A program made the translations under genes and the position numbers. Of a DNA stretch of 12,766 nucleotides, positions 1-8,387 are shown in pieces. Within the stretch, counting starts at the first letter, position 1, and the number at the start of each line of letters is the position of its first letter. The DNA lies in the IMG/VR virus record IMGVR_UViG_3300007747_000033, one strand, 5' to 3'. The notes under the pieces are model-generated. The model saw only the letters and a list, made by a program, of their open reading frames with translations. It was not told where the DNA came from and searched no databases. This DNA is from a virus (Duplodnaviria; Heunggongvirae; Uroviricota; Caudoviricetes).

Positions 1-36
1 ACGGACTTCAGGGGAAAAACGAGTATTTTTAGTCAT
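1..36 (-). CDS. IS3-family transposase OrfA, first 12 codons only (runs off the window)
   Basis: rc of 1-36 = ATG ACT AAA AAT ACT CGT TTT TCC CCT GAA GTC CGT = MTKNTRFSPEVR; preceded on that strand by AGAGGTAAACAGG (SD-like). Confidence 0.6.
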   Translation of the reverse strand, partial: MTKNTRFSPEVR

Positions 37-90
37 CCTGTTTACCTCTTTCTCAGGAAGTTTAGTCTCCAGGATTCCCGGGGCGGTTCA
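1..90 (-). mobile_element. Terminal 90 bp of an IS3-family insertion sequence (left end with start of orfA); the element body lies beyond the left window edge
   Basis: Positions 2-90 are the exact reverse complement of 12678-12766 (checked base by base). The arm ends in TGAACCGCCCC (TG terminus typical of IS3 family) and carries an outward-reading ATG (rc of 34-36) opening MTKNTRFSPEVR, which I recognise as an IS3-family OrfA N-terminus. Exact IS name (IS629/IS1203-like?) not verifiable here. Confidence 0.75.
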
Positions 91-273
91 GTGTTTAATT
101 TCAGCAGAATTGCGGACTATTACGCTCACGCCCCCTCTGAAATTCAGTGTTTTTTCGAGGAGTCGGCGCTGGTGATCATTGATTATCAGCAGGCTATTGA
201 AAATGGATTTGTCCGGATGACGCAGCGCATGGTGGAGATCATGCATGGTGGTGAGGAGGAGGAATATGCGTGA
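91..273 (+). pseudogene. Possible 3' remnant of a gene truncated by the IS insertion; unknown product with acidic C-terminus (GGEEEEYA)
   Basis: The reading frame is open from position 1 through the IS end to the stop at 271-273; the first start-like codon (GTG 91) is the first codon after the IS boundary. No recognisable motif. Confidence 0.2.
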
Positions 274-1198
274 TGATTTTTGCGCCTTTATTCTGACTCA
301 CGGGCGACCGGACAAAGTTCTGACTTACCGGACGTTGCGTCGTGCTGGCTATACCGGGAAAATTTTTATCGTTGTTGATGATGAAGATAAGACACGGCAT
401 CAGTACATGGCTGAATTTGGGGAACAGGTGCTGGTGTTTTCCAAAGCCGATATCGCCAGTCGTTTTGACGAAGCCGATAATTTCTGTGACCGCCGCTCAA
501 TTTTTTACGCCCGTAATGCCTGTTTCGACCTGGCAAAACTGGTCGGGTGTAAATACTTCATTCAGCTCGATGATGATTATCACGAGTTCCAGTTTCGGGT
601 GGATCGCAACTATGACCAGGCCTATTTTCCGATAAGGAAACTGGATGCGATCCTTTCTGAAATGCTGGCGTACTACGAATCAATACCTGCTCTTTCCATC
701 GCTATGTCGCAGGGCGGGGATTTTCTTGGTGACAATGGCGGCCATGCTTCGTGGGTGAAACGCAAGGCAATGAACAGCTTTATCTGTTCGGTTGAACGAC
801 CGTTCTCATTCATGGGGCGCATTAACGAGGATGTGAATACGTACACGAATCTCGGTCGCTGTGGTGAATTGTTTATGACGATCGGTGCTGTCCAGTTAGG
901 GCAGAAACAGACGCAGAAAAACAGCGGCGGAATGACCGAGCTGTATCTGGATTCCGGAACCTACGTTAAAAGTTTTTACTCCGTCATGTATGCGCCGTCG
1001 TGCGTAAAAATCTCACTGATGGGTGCCAGCCATAAACGCATTCACCATCAGGTCACCTGGAACAACGCTGCAGTAAAAATCCTTCACGAAAAATACAGGA
1101 AGAAGACACCCTGCATATCAATGGGGGTGACAAATGATTCCGTATTCGAAAGTCGAGTCTCTGGCAGCGTGCCGGATGACTGCACAACAAATCGCTGA
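266..1198 (+). CDS. Hypothetical phage protein, putative GT-A-fold nucleotide-sugar transferase (DxD-type)
   Basis: ORF 245..1198 in the track; preferred start ATG 266 just downstream of the GAGGAGGAGG run (253-262) (ATG 245 is an alternative). Linear motif order typical of GT-A glycosyltransferases: AFILTHGRP strand, FIVVDDED about 25 residues later, then hydrophobic strand plus DxD (YFIQLDDDY) about 95 residues in. Motif-pattern call only. Confidence 0.5.
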   Translation: MRDDFCAFILTHGRPDKVLTYRTLRRAGYTGKIFIVVDDEDKTRHQYMAEFGEQVLVFSKADIASRFDEADNFCDRRSIFYARNACFDLAKLVGCKYFIQLDDDYHEFQFRVDRNYDQAYFPIRKLDAILSEMLAYYESIPALSIAMSQGGDFLGDNGGHASWVKRKAMNSFICSVERPFSFMGRINEDVNTYTNLGRCGELFMTIGAVQLGQKQTQKNSGGMTELYLDSGTYVKSFYSVMYAPSCVKISLMGASHKRIHHQVTWNNAAVKILHEKYRKKTPCISMGVTNDSVFESRVSGSVPDDCTTNR

Positions 1199-1385
1199 CG
1201 TTCTGGATGTTGATCTGAACCGACTGAAAGAAAATCGGGAAGCAATGACAGATTTTTATGCGGCCATCCGTAAGGGCAGAGCGAAAGGTGAAGCCGAGTT
1301 ACGAGCGGCATTGTTTAAGCTTGCCAGAAAAGGGGATGCCTTTGCTCTGCGCGAACTACTCAGGGTGGATAAAAATCAGGACTAA
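1134..1385 (+). CDS. Small HTH-like protein, possibly a DNA-packaging or small-terminase-associated domain
   Basis: ORF in track; ATG 1134 preceded by GGGGGTGA (ATG 1176 is an alternative). Overlaps the upstream gene by 65 nt in another frame. Contains TAQQIADVLDVD and GRAKGEAELRAALFKLARKGD, which I associate (from memory, unverified) with phage small-terminase N-terminal domains. Confidence 0.45.
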   Translation: MIPYSKVESLAACRMTAQQIADVLDVDLNRLKENREAMTDFYAAIRKGRAKGEAELRAALFKLARKGDAFALRELLRVDKNQD

Positions 1386-1388
1386 CTG

Positions 1389-2483
1389 ATGAGCAGACCG
1401 GACTGGGGGGCGTTGCAGCAGGAGTATATTGCTGAATACACCCGCTCCGGTATATCTCCGGTGGCATGGTGTGAAGCAAGGGGACTGAATTACGCAACAG
1501 CCCGTCGTTACATCAAAAAAACTCCGAAAAATGCGCAGACAGAAATGTGCAAAACTGCGCAAAAAAGTGCGCAGAAAAAATCTGCGCAGACTGCACAAAA
1601 GCGGAACGAAAAATCTCAGGAAAAAAAGCCAGTATTCGATGCGGGCCTGAATGAGGGCGACGCGGAGGAATTTTCGTTCTGTCCCGATGAATTCGGCATT
1701 TCTGACCAGCAGGCTAAGTTTGCGATGCTTGTTGCTCAGGGTAAAAAGCCGACAGAGGCGTACCGACTAGCCGGTTATGAGGGGCAAGGTGCGACAGCTA
1801 ATAGCAACGCCAGTCGTATGCTTAGAAATGCCAGGGTTTTTCGCGCTATCAGCTACTTCCGCAATCAGTACCAGAAACGCTATACCGCAGACCTGGATTT
1901 ACTAGTGAGTCAGTTGATGGCCATTGTCCTGGCCGACCCCAATCAGCTTGCACAATTTCGCCGTGTTAACTGCCGTTATTGCTGGGGCGAGAATCATCTC
2001 TACCAGTGGCGCGATATAGCAGAATTCGACAAGGCAGCGGCGCAGGCTTCCAGAGATGGCAAACCCGAACCGGAATATGGAGGCCTCGGCTTTGTTGATA
2101 ACGCCATACCCAATCCGGACTGCCCGAAGTGCTGCGGTGAGGGAACGGGACAGCTTTATATGGCTGATACCACTCTGCTTGATGGGGATGCGCGGCAATT
2201 ATATGCAGGGGCAAAATTCGGAAAATTCGGCGTTGAGATCCTGCTGGAGGATAAGGCTGCCGCCCGGCGTGAATTGTTGCGTTTGCTTTCTGCTGGCGGG
2301 GCTTTATGTGCAGATAAGCGGCTACAGGAACTGGAAATTGAACGGCGCAGAATGGAAAACCAGAAGCTGCGCAAAGAGATCGAAACGGTGGAAGATAATG
2401 AACATCCCCAGCCTGTGGCGATCAATATTAATGTGGTTGATGCCAGAGTAAGGAGTGATGAAGATGATCTCTCCGACGCTTAA
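1389..2483 (+). CDS. Terminase small subunit (Terminase_2-like core) with N-terminal extension, low-complexity linker and Cys-rich insert
   Basis: ATG 1389 after AGGA (1378-1381). Core region ISDQQAKFAMLVAQGKKPTEAYRLAGYEGQGATANSNASRMLRNARVFRAI fits the small-terminase HTH consensus (L..KQ..F..EY....NAT.AA..AGYS...A.....LL..P.V...I). Lies immediately upstream of the large terminase. Also has CRYC...CPKCC and a C-terminal coiled-coil-like region. Confidence 0.7.
   Translation: MSRPDWGALQQEYIAEYTRSGISPVAWCEARGLNYATARRYIKKTPKNAQTEMCKTAQKSAQKKSAQTAQKRNEKSQEKKPVFDAGLNEGDAEEFSFCPDEFGISDQQAKFAMLVAQGKKPTEAYRLAGYEGQGATANSNASRMLRNARVFRAISYFRNQYQKRYTADLDLLVSQLMAIVLADPNQLAQFRRVNCRYCWGENHLYQWRDIAEFDKAAAQASRDGKPEPEYGGLGFVDNAIPNPDCPKCCGEGTGQLYMADTTLLDGDARQLYAGAKFGKFGVEILLEDKAAARRELLRLLSAGGALCADKRLQELEIERRRMENQKLRKEIETVEDNEHPQPVAININVVDARVRSDEDDLSDA
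1532..1597. repeat. Cluster of six TG(C/T)(G/A)CA hexamers (four exact TGCGCA) at 9-15 bp spacing inside the small-terminase gene
   Basis: TGCGCA at 1532, 1556, 1568, 1583; TGTGCA at 1546; TGCACA at 1592; separated by A-tracts. Coincides with the (S/T)AQK peptide repeats of the encoded linker. Confidence 0.6.
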
Positions 2484-3765
2484 TGTGCCTCAGGCGCGAT
2501 TTCTTTCAATGCCCCATAAATTTAAAGCCTATATTGCTGGTTTTGGCTCGGGCAAAACATGGGTTGGGTGTGGCGGCATATGCAAGGGGATTTGGGAGCA
2601 TCCAGGTATAAATCAGGGATATTTTGCGCCAACGTATCCCCAAATTCGCGATATTTTTTACCCTACAGTGGAAGAAGTTGCTGCTGACTGGGGATTGAAC
2701 GTAAAAATTAATGAGGGAAATAAAGAGGTTCACTTTTATTACGGACGCCAGTATCGGGGAACCACTATCTGCAGATCGATGGAGAAGCCACAAACGATCG
2801 TCGGTTTCAAAATTGGTAATGCGTTGGTGGATGAACTGGACATTTTGCCGAAGGAAAAAGCCAGAACGGCGTGGCGCAAGATAATTGCACGTATGCGTTA
2901 TAAGATTGATGGACTTCGCAACGGTATTGACGTTACAACCACGCCGGAAGGATTCAAATTTGTCTACGAGCAGTTTGTTAAAGCCGTGCGTGAAAAAACA
3001 GAGCTGGCCTCACTGTATGGTCTGGTGCAGGCATCTACTTTCGATAATGAAAAGAACCTGCCAGCAGATTACATTCCTTCGCTTCTTGAATCATACCCTC
3101 CAGAGCTGATTAAAGCCTATCTTCGAGGACAGTTTACTAACCTGACAAGTGGTACTGTTTACCATCAGTTTGACCGGAAACTGAATAATTGCGAAGAAGT
3201 GGAGCAGCCAGGGGAGCCGATTTATATTGGGATGGATTTTAACGTTGGAAAGATGGCGGGAATCGTCCATGTGCTGCGTTTGGGGCTTCCATGTGCGGTA
3301 ACTGAAATCATCAATGCCTACGATACGCCGGATATGATCCGCATCATTAAAGAACGCTTCTGGCTGTATGATGGGAATGATTACCGGAAAGTGAGGGAAA
3401 TTTATATTTATCCAGATGCTTCCGGGGATTCCAGAAAATCAAGTAACGCAAGTACGACGGATATAGCCCAGCTTAAGCAGGCTGGTTTTAACGTTGTGGT
3501 GAACAGCTCGAACCCGCCAGTAAAAGATCGCGTTAACTCAATGAATGCAATGTTCTGCAATGCCAATGGTGAGCGTCGCTATAAAGTTAATGTGAAGCGT
3601 TGCCCGTTATATGCCGAATCTCTGGAGCAACAGGTCTGGGATGAGAAGGGGGAGCCTGATAAAAAATCTGGCAATGATCACCCGAATGATGCCGGAGGTT
3701 ATTTCATCGTTAAGCAATTCCCTATTGTCAAACCGACCGGAAGAGTCACATCACTTCGGATTTAA
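2464..3765 (+). CDS. Terminase large subunit
   Basis: ORF 2455..3765; preferred start ATG 2464, 8 nt after AGGAG (2451-2455); GTG 2455 and ATG 2458 are alternatives. Walker A-like AGFGSGKT near the N-terminus, and C-terminal acidic nuclease-type motifs (IGMDFN, YPDASG, HPNDAGGYF). Overlaps the terS stop. Confidence 0.85.
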   Translation: MISPTLNVPQARFLSMPHKFKAYIAGFGSGKTWVGCGGICKGIWEHPGINQGYFAPTYPQIRDIFYPTVEEVAADWGLNVKINEGNKEVHFYYGRQYRGTTICRSMEKPQTIVGFKIGNALVDELDILPKEKARTAWRKIIARMRYKIDGLRNGIDVTTTPEGFKFVYEQFVKAVREKTELASLYGLVQASTFDNEKNLPADYIPSLLESYPPELIKAYLRGQFTNLTSGTVYHQFDRKLNNCEEVEQPGEPIYIGMDFNVGKMAGIVHVLRLGLPCAVTEIINAYDTPDMIRIIKERFWLYDGNDYRKVREIYIYPDASGDSRKSSNASTTDIAQLKQAGFNVVVNSSNPPVKDRVNSMNAMFCNANGERRYKVNVKRCPLYAESLEQQVWDEKGEPDKKSGNDHPNDAGGYFIVKQFPIVKPTGRVTSLRI

Positions 3766-3767
3766 TT

Positions 3768-5174
3768 ATGGCTGATATATCAACACCCAACCTCGACTAT
3801 AACGATATGCTGGAGGCGTGGGATATTAACGACGCACTGATGGGCGGTACGCTTGAAATGCGCAGGCAGGGGGAAAATTATCTCCCAAAATGGCCTAACG
3901 AAGATGAAGACGCTTATAAAAAACGCCTGTCTGTGGCTACGCTACTTCCTGTGTATGAAGAAAGCATCAAGCAAAATATTGGGCGCATATTTGCAGAGCC
4001 GACAGTATTGAGTGAGGAAACGCCGGCAAAAATCAGGGAATATGCAGAAAATATCGACATGGAGGGGAGCCGACTGGATGTGTGGGCGCAGCAATTTTTC
4101 AGCCTCGCATTTCAGTATGGTGTGGCACATGCGCTGGTGGACTATCCACGAACGGATATGAAAGAGATTCGGACAAAAGCCGATGAAAACGCGGCCGGTG
4201 GTCGTCCGTACGTTACGATGCTGAATCCACGCCAGGTTATTGGATGGAAATCGAAAGTTGAAAAAGGGAAAGTTGTTCTCACTGATTTGCGTATAAAAGA
4301 GGTCATCATTATTGATGGTGATGATTTCGGGCAGAAGAAGGTGGAGCAGATCCGCCATATTATGCCCCGTCGAGTTGAAATTTATCGACGTAGCGAAGGC
4401 ACTAATGGCGAATCTGTCTGGACGCTTCATGAGTCATGGAATACCAGCCGTGATGATATTCCTCTGGTAACACTGTACACGAAGAAAACAGGATTTATGC
4501 GTGGTACACCGCCATTGCTTAATCTTGGCTTGCTGAATATCAAGCACTGGCAAAGCCAGAGCGAGCAGGACAATATTCTTCATGTTGCCCGCGTTCCATT
4601 GCTGGTGGCCTACGGGCTGGACAGGAATGAAGAACTGACGGTTGGTGCATCCACCGCTACGATTTTTGAGGACAGAACAAAAAATGGCCTCGAATATGTT
4701 GAACATAGTGGCGCAGCGATAGAATCTGGCGAAACATCACTTGAGAAGCTGGAAAATCAGATGCGTCATGCCGGCGCTAAACTTCTGCGTGCTGAAAATA
4801 CATCCACCAAATCTGTTGATCAGACTAATGAAGAGCGAATGCAGGAAAACTCGCCGCTTTATACAATGGCGAACTCCCTCGAAGATGCCCTCGATAATAT
4901 TCTCCAGATAATGGCGGAATGGATCGGAGAGAGTTGCGGTGGCAATGTGGATGTGCGCACTGAACTGGATGTATCTGCCCAGGTGTTTGACTCATCCTCC
5001 GCGCTGGCTGTTCAGTCATTGCGTCAGGGCGGTGATATACGTCAGATTGATGCGGTTCGGGTGTTGCAGGCGTTGAAATTTATCGATCAGGATTCCCGTC
5101 CAGAGGAAGTGATCGATGAATTAAAAAATCAGAGTGTAATGCTGATGGAAATCAATGATGCAAACCGTGAATGA
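3768..5174 (+). CDS. Portal protein
   Basis: 468-aa ORF starting 2 nt after the terL stop (translational coupling). Position between large terminase and Mu-F-like minor head protein, and size, are typical of a portal. Assigned by synteny. Confidence 0.65.
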   Translation: MADISTPNLDYNDMLEAWDINDALMGGTLEMRRQGENYLPKWPNEDEDAYKKRLSVATLLPVYEESIKQNIGRIFAEPTVLSEETPAKIREYAENIDMEGSRLDVWAQQFFSLAFQYGVAHALVDYPRTDMKEIRTKADENAAGGRPYVTMLNPRQVIGWKSKVEKGKVVLTDLRIKEVIIIDGDDFGQKKVEQIRHIMPRRVEIYRRSEGTNGESVWTLHESWNTSRDDIPLVTLYTKKTGFMRGTPPLLNLGLLNIKHWQSQSEQDNILHVARVPLLVAYGLDRNEELTVGASTATIFEDRTKNGLEYVEHSGAAIESGETSLEKLENQMRHAGAKLLRAENTSTKSVDQTNEERMQENSPLYTMANSLEDALDNILQIMAEWIGESCGGNVDVRTELDVSAQVFDSSSALAVQSLRQGGDIRQIDAVRVLQALKFIDQDSRPEEVIDELKNQSVMLMEINDANRE

Positions 5175-6270
5175 ACGGCTGCGTGATGAATCAATTGCTC
5201 ATGCAGTCTGGATATCCCGCTATAGCACTGGCGTGGCTGCCAGAATGGTGAAAATACTGAATGACAGCGATGCGGAACTTACTGCTCGCCTGCTGATAGC
5301 ACTGGACAGCCTCGATCCAGGTAGTTTTACCGTTAAGCGCCTGGAGTCACTTCTGGCGAGCGTCAGAGAGGTTAACCGCACTGCTATTAACAGCATGTTT
5401 ACCAGTCTCTCCGGAGAGCTGAACGAGCTGGCAATTTATGAGGCTGGTTATCAGTTAAGTCTGTTTGATTCTATGCTACCTGATTTTGTTGCTGATGTTC
5501 ACCCTCTGGTTGGTATCTCTCCTGATGCACTTTATGCCGCTGCAATGGCGCGACCATTCCAGGGACGACTGCTCAGTGAGTGGGCCTCAGATCTTGAAGC
5601 GGATCGGCTCAGACGCATAACAAATACAGTGCGTCAGGGTTTTTTGCTGGGGGATACCAATGAGCAGATCGCAAGAAAAATTCGGGGACATGTCAGTAAG
5701 GGATTTCAGGATGGTGCATTGCAGATGAGCCGGGCTAATGCGGCCAGCATTGCAAAAACAGCGGTTGGACATCTTGCTGCTACTGCCCGTGAGAGTTTTG
5801 CCAGCGCGAATAATGATTTGATTAAGGGTAAGCAATGGTTATCAACGCTTGATAATCGTACTACGCCACAATGTCGAATCAGGGATCGCCTCAAATATAC
5901 GCTGAATAATAAACCTGTAGGTCACAGCGTGCCTTATTTGCAGGGGCCGGGAAAAATTCATTTCTGCTGCCGCTCAACGGAAACGTTCATTCTGAAATCA
6001 GCGAAGGAACTGGGTATTGATGTTCGCGATATTTCCCCGGCTGAGCGGGCCAGCATGGATGGCGTGGTGGCCGGAGATACAACCTACAGGGAATGGTTTT
6101 TGCGTCAGCCTTACACCAGACAAAAACAGATTGTGGGGGAAACCCGAGCAAAGCTGATTCGGGATGGTGGTATGTCGCCAGATGAATTTTACACCGATAA
6201 AGGCGAATGGCTGACGCTGAAGCAGCTCCGTGAGCGTGATGCACAGGTATTCAGAAAAGCAGGGATTTAA
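5155..6270 (+). CDS. Minor head / head morphogenesis protein (Phage Mu F / SPP1 gp7-like)
   Basis: 371-aa ORF overlapping the portal stop by 20 nt. Contains WLSTLDNRTTPQCR, resembling the conserved D.R..P.C signature of the Mu-F/gp7 family. Canonical position after the portal. Confidence 0.65.
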   Translation: MMQTVNERLRDESIAHAVWISRYSTGVAARMVKILNDSDAELTARLLIALDSLDPGSFTVKRLESLLASVREVNRTAINSMFTSLSGELNELAIYEAGYQLSLFDSMLPDFVADVHPLVGISPDALYAAAMARPFQGRLLSEWASDLEADRLRRITNTVRQGFLLGDTNEQIARKIRGHVSKGFQDGALQMSRANAASIAKTAVGHLAATARESFASANNDLIKGKQWLSTLDNRTTPQCRIRDRLKYTLNNKPVGHSVPYLQGPGKIHFCCRSTETFILKSAKELGIDVRDISPAERASMDGVVAGDTTYREWFLRQPYTRQKQIVGETRAKLIRDGGMSPDEFYTDKGEWLTLKQLRERDAQVFRKAGI

Positions 6271-6290
6271 ATAAATCATTTATTACAACA

Positions 6291-6314
6291 GGCTACCTTC
6301 GGGTGGCCTTTTTT
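6291..6314 (+). terminator. Rho-independent terminator after the minor head protein gene
   Basis: GGCTACC (6291-6297), TTCG loop, GGTGGCC (6302-6308): 7-bp stem with one G-U pair, followed by TTTTTT (6309-6314). Lies 21 nt after the stop at 6270. Confidence 0.7.
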
Positions 6315-6374
6315 ATTGCTGCGATCCGGATGGTGAGCAGCGTAACTGTCGGAAGACTTAAACCAGGTACTAAT

Positions 6375-7139
6375 ATGAAACTGAAAACGGTCGAGATTAA
6401 CGGAAAACAATACGCAGAAATTGATACTGCTGGCCTGCCAGTTTATGTGCACGACGATGGTAAAGAAATTGGCTTCGATGCACCGCTGGCGACAAAAAAA
6501 ATTACAGAGCTTAATGGCGAGGCAAAAAATCATCGCCTGGCTAAAGAAGCTGCAGAGGAAAAACTGGCTAAGTTTGCCGCTATCGAAGACCCGAAGAAGG
6601 CGATCGAGGCACTGGAAATGCTGTCAAAAATCGACCAGAAAAAGCTGCTCGATGCGGGACAGGTTGACCAGGTTAAGGCAGAAATTACGAAAAATTTTCA
6701 GCAGCAATTAGATGAAGAAAAGCAACGCTCTCAGATGCTGGAGAAGCAGCTTTACGATTCTATGATTGGCGGTAGTTTTGCGGGTTCAAAATATATTGCC
6801 GATAAAATTGCGATCCCGGCAGATTTATTACAAGCCCGCTTCGGGCAGGCATTCAAAGTGGAAGAAGGGAGGATCGTTGCTTATGACGCTTCCGGCAACA
6901 AAATTTATTCCCGCGCGAAGCCTGGCGAACTGGCGCAGTTTGATGAGGCGCTGGAGTTCCTTGTCGAAAATTACCCTCAGAAAGACTACATCCTGAAAGC
7001 CAGTGGCAACAATGGCGGCGGCTCCCGTCCGACACAGCATGATATTGGTCAGAAAACGATGAAACGCTCTGCTTTTGATGCACTGGATGTTGCAGGTAAG
7101 CAAAACGCATTGAAAGACGGTATCACAATCGTTGATTAA
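6375..7139 (+). CDS. Scaffolding protein (putative)
   Basis: The ORF track starts at GTG 6303, but that lies inside the terminator; first plausible start is ATG 6375. Product is highly charged and helical (EAAEEKLAKFAAIEDPKKAIEALEMLSKIDQKKLL...) and sits immediately upstream of the major capsid gene. Confidence 0.55.
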   Translation: MKLKTVEINGKQYAEIDTAGLPVYVHDDGKEIGFDAPLATKKITELNGEAKNHRLAKEAAEEKLAKFAAIEDPKKAIEALEMLSKIDQKKLLDAGQVDQVKAEITKNFQQQLDEEKQRSQMLEKQLYDSMIGGSFAGSKYIADKIAIPADLLQARFGQAFKVEEGRIVAYDASGNKIYSRAKPGELAQFDEALEFLVENYPQKDYILKASGNNGGGSRPTQHDIGQKTMKRSAFDALDVAGKQNALKDGITIVD

Positions 7140-7237
7140 CACATTTGTCAGCTTCCGGATGGGAGCTGGTGTCAGGGCTGGATAGCTCATTACTCCATCT
7201 ATTCACAATTACGCAAATTTTTAAGGAATATTTAATT

Positions 7238-8377
7238 ATGGCTGGAAATACCCTGACCGGGTTGATCCCGACTATTTATACCGCCCTGGATGTTGTATCC
7301 CGTGAGCAGGTAGGTTTTATCCCTGCGGTAGCAAAAAACGCAAAAGCTGACGCCGCAGCAAAAGATCAGACGGTAACCGCGCCAGTTGCGCCTGAGGCGA
7401 AAACCGAAGATATCGTACCGGGGCCGTCAGCTCCGAATACCGGTGATCAAAATATTGGCACTGTTGATGTAAAAATTACTAAATCCAAAATGGCACCGGT
7501 TAAATGGAATGGTGAAGAACAACTGGCTCTTGGCCCTTCAGGGACTTACAACACCATTCTGGCTGATCAGTTCAAGCAGGCTTTTCGCGCCCTTGCAAAC
7601 GAGGTTGAGGCTGATCTTGGTGCGTTGTATTTCGGTGCTTCCCGCGCCGTGGGAACCGCAGGGACAACGCCGTTTGGTGTTAAAGATGATCTTTCTGATG
7701 CTGCTCTGGCTCGTCAGGTTCTGGAGGATAACGGCGCACCGACAACCGATCTGCAGATGGTGCTTGGCTCCACTGCCATTGCTAATTTGCGCGGAAAACA
7801 GTCTGTATTGTTTAAAGTGAATGAATCCGGCACTGAACAGCTACTGCGTGAGGGCGTGTTGGGGCGTCTGGAGGGATTCAATATTCACAGTTCGGCAGGT
7901 GTGAAACGAGCGCCAAAGGTTGCTGCAACTGGTTATCTCGTGAATGGAGAGAAAAAAGAAGGCGATGTTCTTATTTCCATTGATACTGGTTCGGGGTGTA
8001 TTTCTGCAGGTCAGATTGTTACGTTCGCTGGTGATCCGAATCAGTATGTTGTGGCAGCAGCGACCAGCAATCTGATTACTCTTGCAGCGCCCGGACTGCG
8101 TCAGGATCTGGCCGATGATACTGCCATCACAGTTGTTGGGGCCTTTACTGCAAATATGGCGTTTGATCGCAACGCGTTTCTGCTGGCATCCCGTACTCCG
8201 GCAATGCCGGAAGGTGGCGATAATGCTGATGATGTAATGAATGTTACGGACCCGATTTCAGGGATTACGTTCCAGATTGCACTGTATCGTCAGTATCGCC
8301 AGGTGCGCTATGAAGTTGGACTGGCATGGGGTGTTTCATCAGTGAAGCCGGCACATGGTTGTCTGATTCTTGGTTAA
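7238..8377 (+). CDS. Major capsid (coat) protein
   Basis: The ORF track opens at 7145; preferred start is ATG 7238, 10 nt after AAGGA (7223-7227). N-terminus MAGNTLTGLIPTIYTALDVVSREQVGFIP resembles coat proteins of the P22-coat-like family (from memory). Size ~380 aa; followed by a terminator. Confidence 0.75.
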   Translation: MAGNTLTGLIPTIYTALDVVSREQVGFIPAVAKNAKADAAAKDQTVTAPVAPEAKTEDIVPGPSAPNTGDQNIGTVDVKITKSKMAPVKWNGEEQLALGPSGTYNTILADQFKQAFRALANEVEADLGALYFGASRAVGTAGTTPFGVKDDLSDAALARQVLEDNGAPTTDLQMVLGSTAIANLRGKQSVLFKVNESGTEQLLREGVLGRLEGFNIHSSAGVKRAPKVAATGYLVNGEKKEGDVLISIDTGSGCISAGQIVTFAGDPNQYVVAAATSNLITLAAPGLRQDLADDTAITVVGAFTANMAFDRNAFLLASRTPAMPEGGDNADDVMNVTDPISGITFQIALYRQYRQVRYEVGLAWGVSSVKPAHGCLILG

Positions 8378-8387
8378 ACATTCAAAC

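Noticed and set aside
2207-2230. Short tandem repeat AAAATTCGG ×2 in terS
   Set aside because: Only two copies, encoding KFGKFG. Too short to support a repeat or site call.
2056-2451. Alternative-frame + strand ORFs inside real genes (342-635, 2056-2451, 2885-3109, 6421-6711, 6766-6996, 7509-7820, 9482-9769)
   Set aside because: Fully embedded in longer ORFs that have recognisable motifs or synteny. The products are Arg/Cys/Trp-rich in the way off-frame translations usually are.
3942-4430. 162-aa ORF on the minus strand (and other minus-strand ORFs at 1902-2214, 2506-2793, 4434-4706, 5587-5894, 5987-6279, 6828-7190, 10230-10481, 11432-11698)
   Set aside because: All lie antisense inside well-supported + strand genes, lack convincing ribosome-binding sites, and have odd composition. 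They are most likely artefacts of the coding strand's frame.
6303-6374. GTG 6303 as start of the scaffold gene (as listed in the ORF track)
   Set aside because: It lies inside the terminator stem-loop at 6291-6314, and the N-terminal extension would be translated from terminator sequence. ATG 6375 is the first plausible start.
7148-7170. Imperfect hairpin (CAGCTTC...GGAGCTG) between scaffold and capsid genes
   Set aside because: 7-bp stem with a wobble pair and a 6-nt loop, no T-run, low predicted stability. Not distinguishable from chance.
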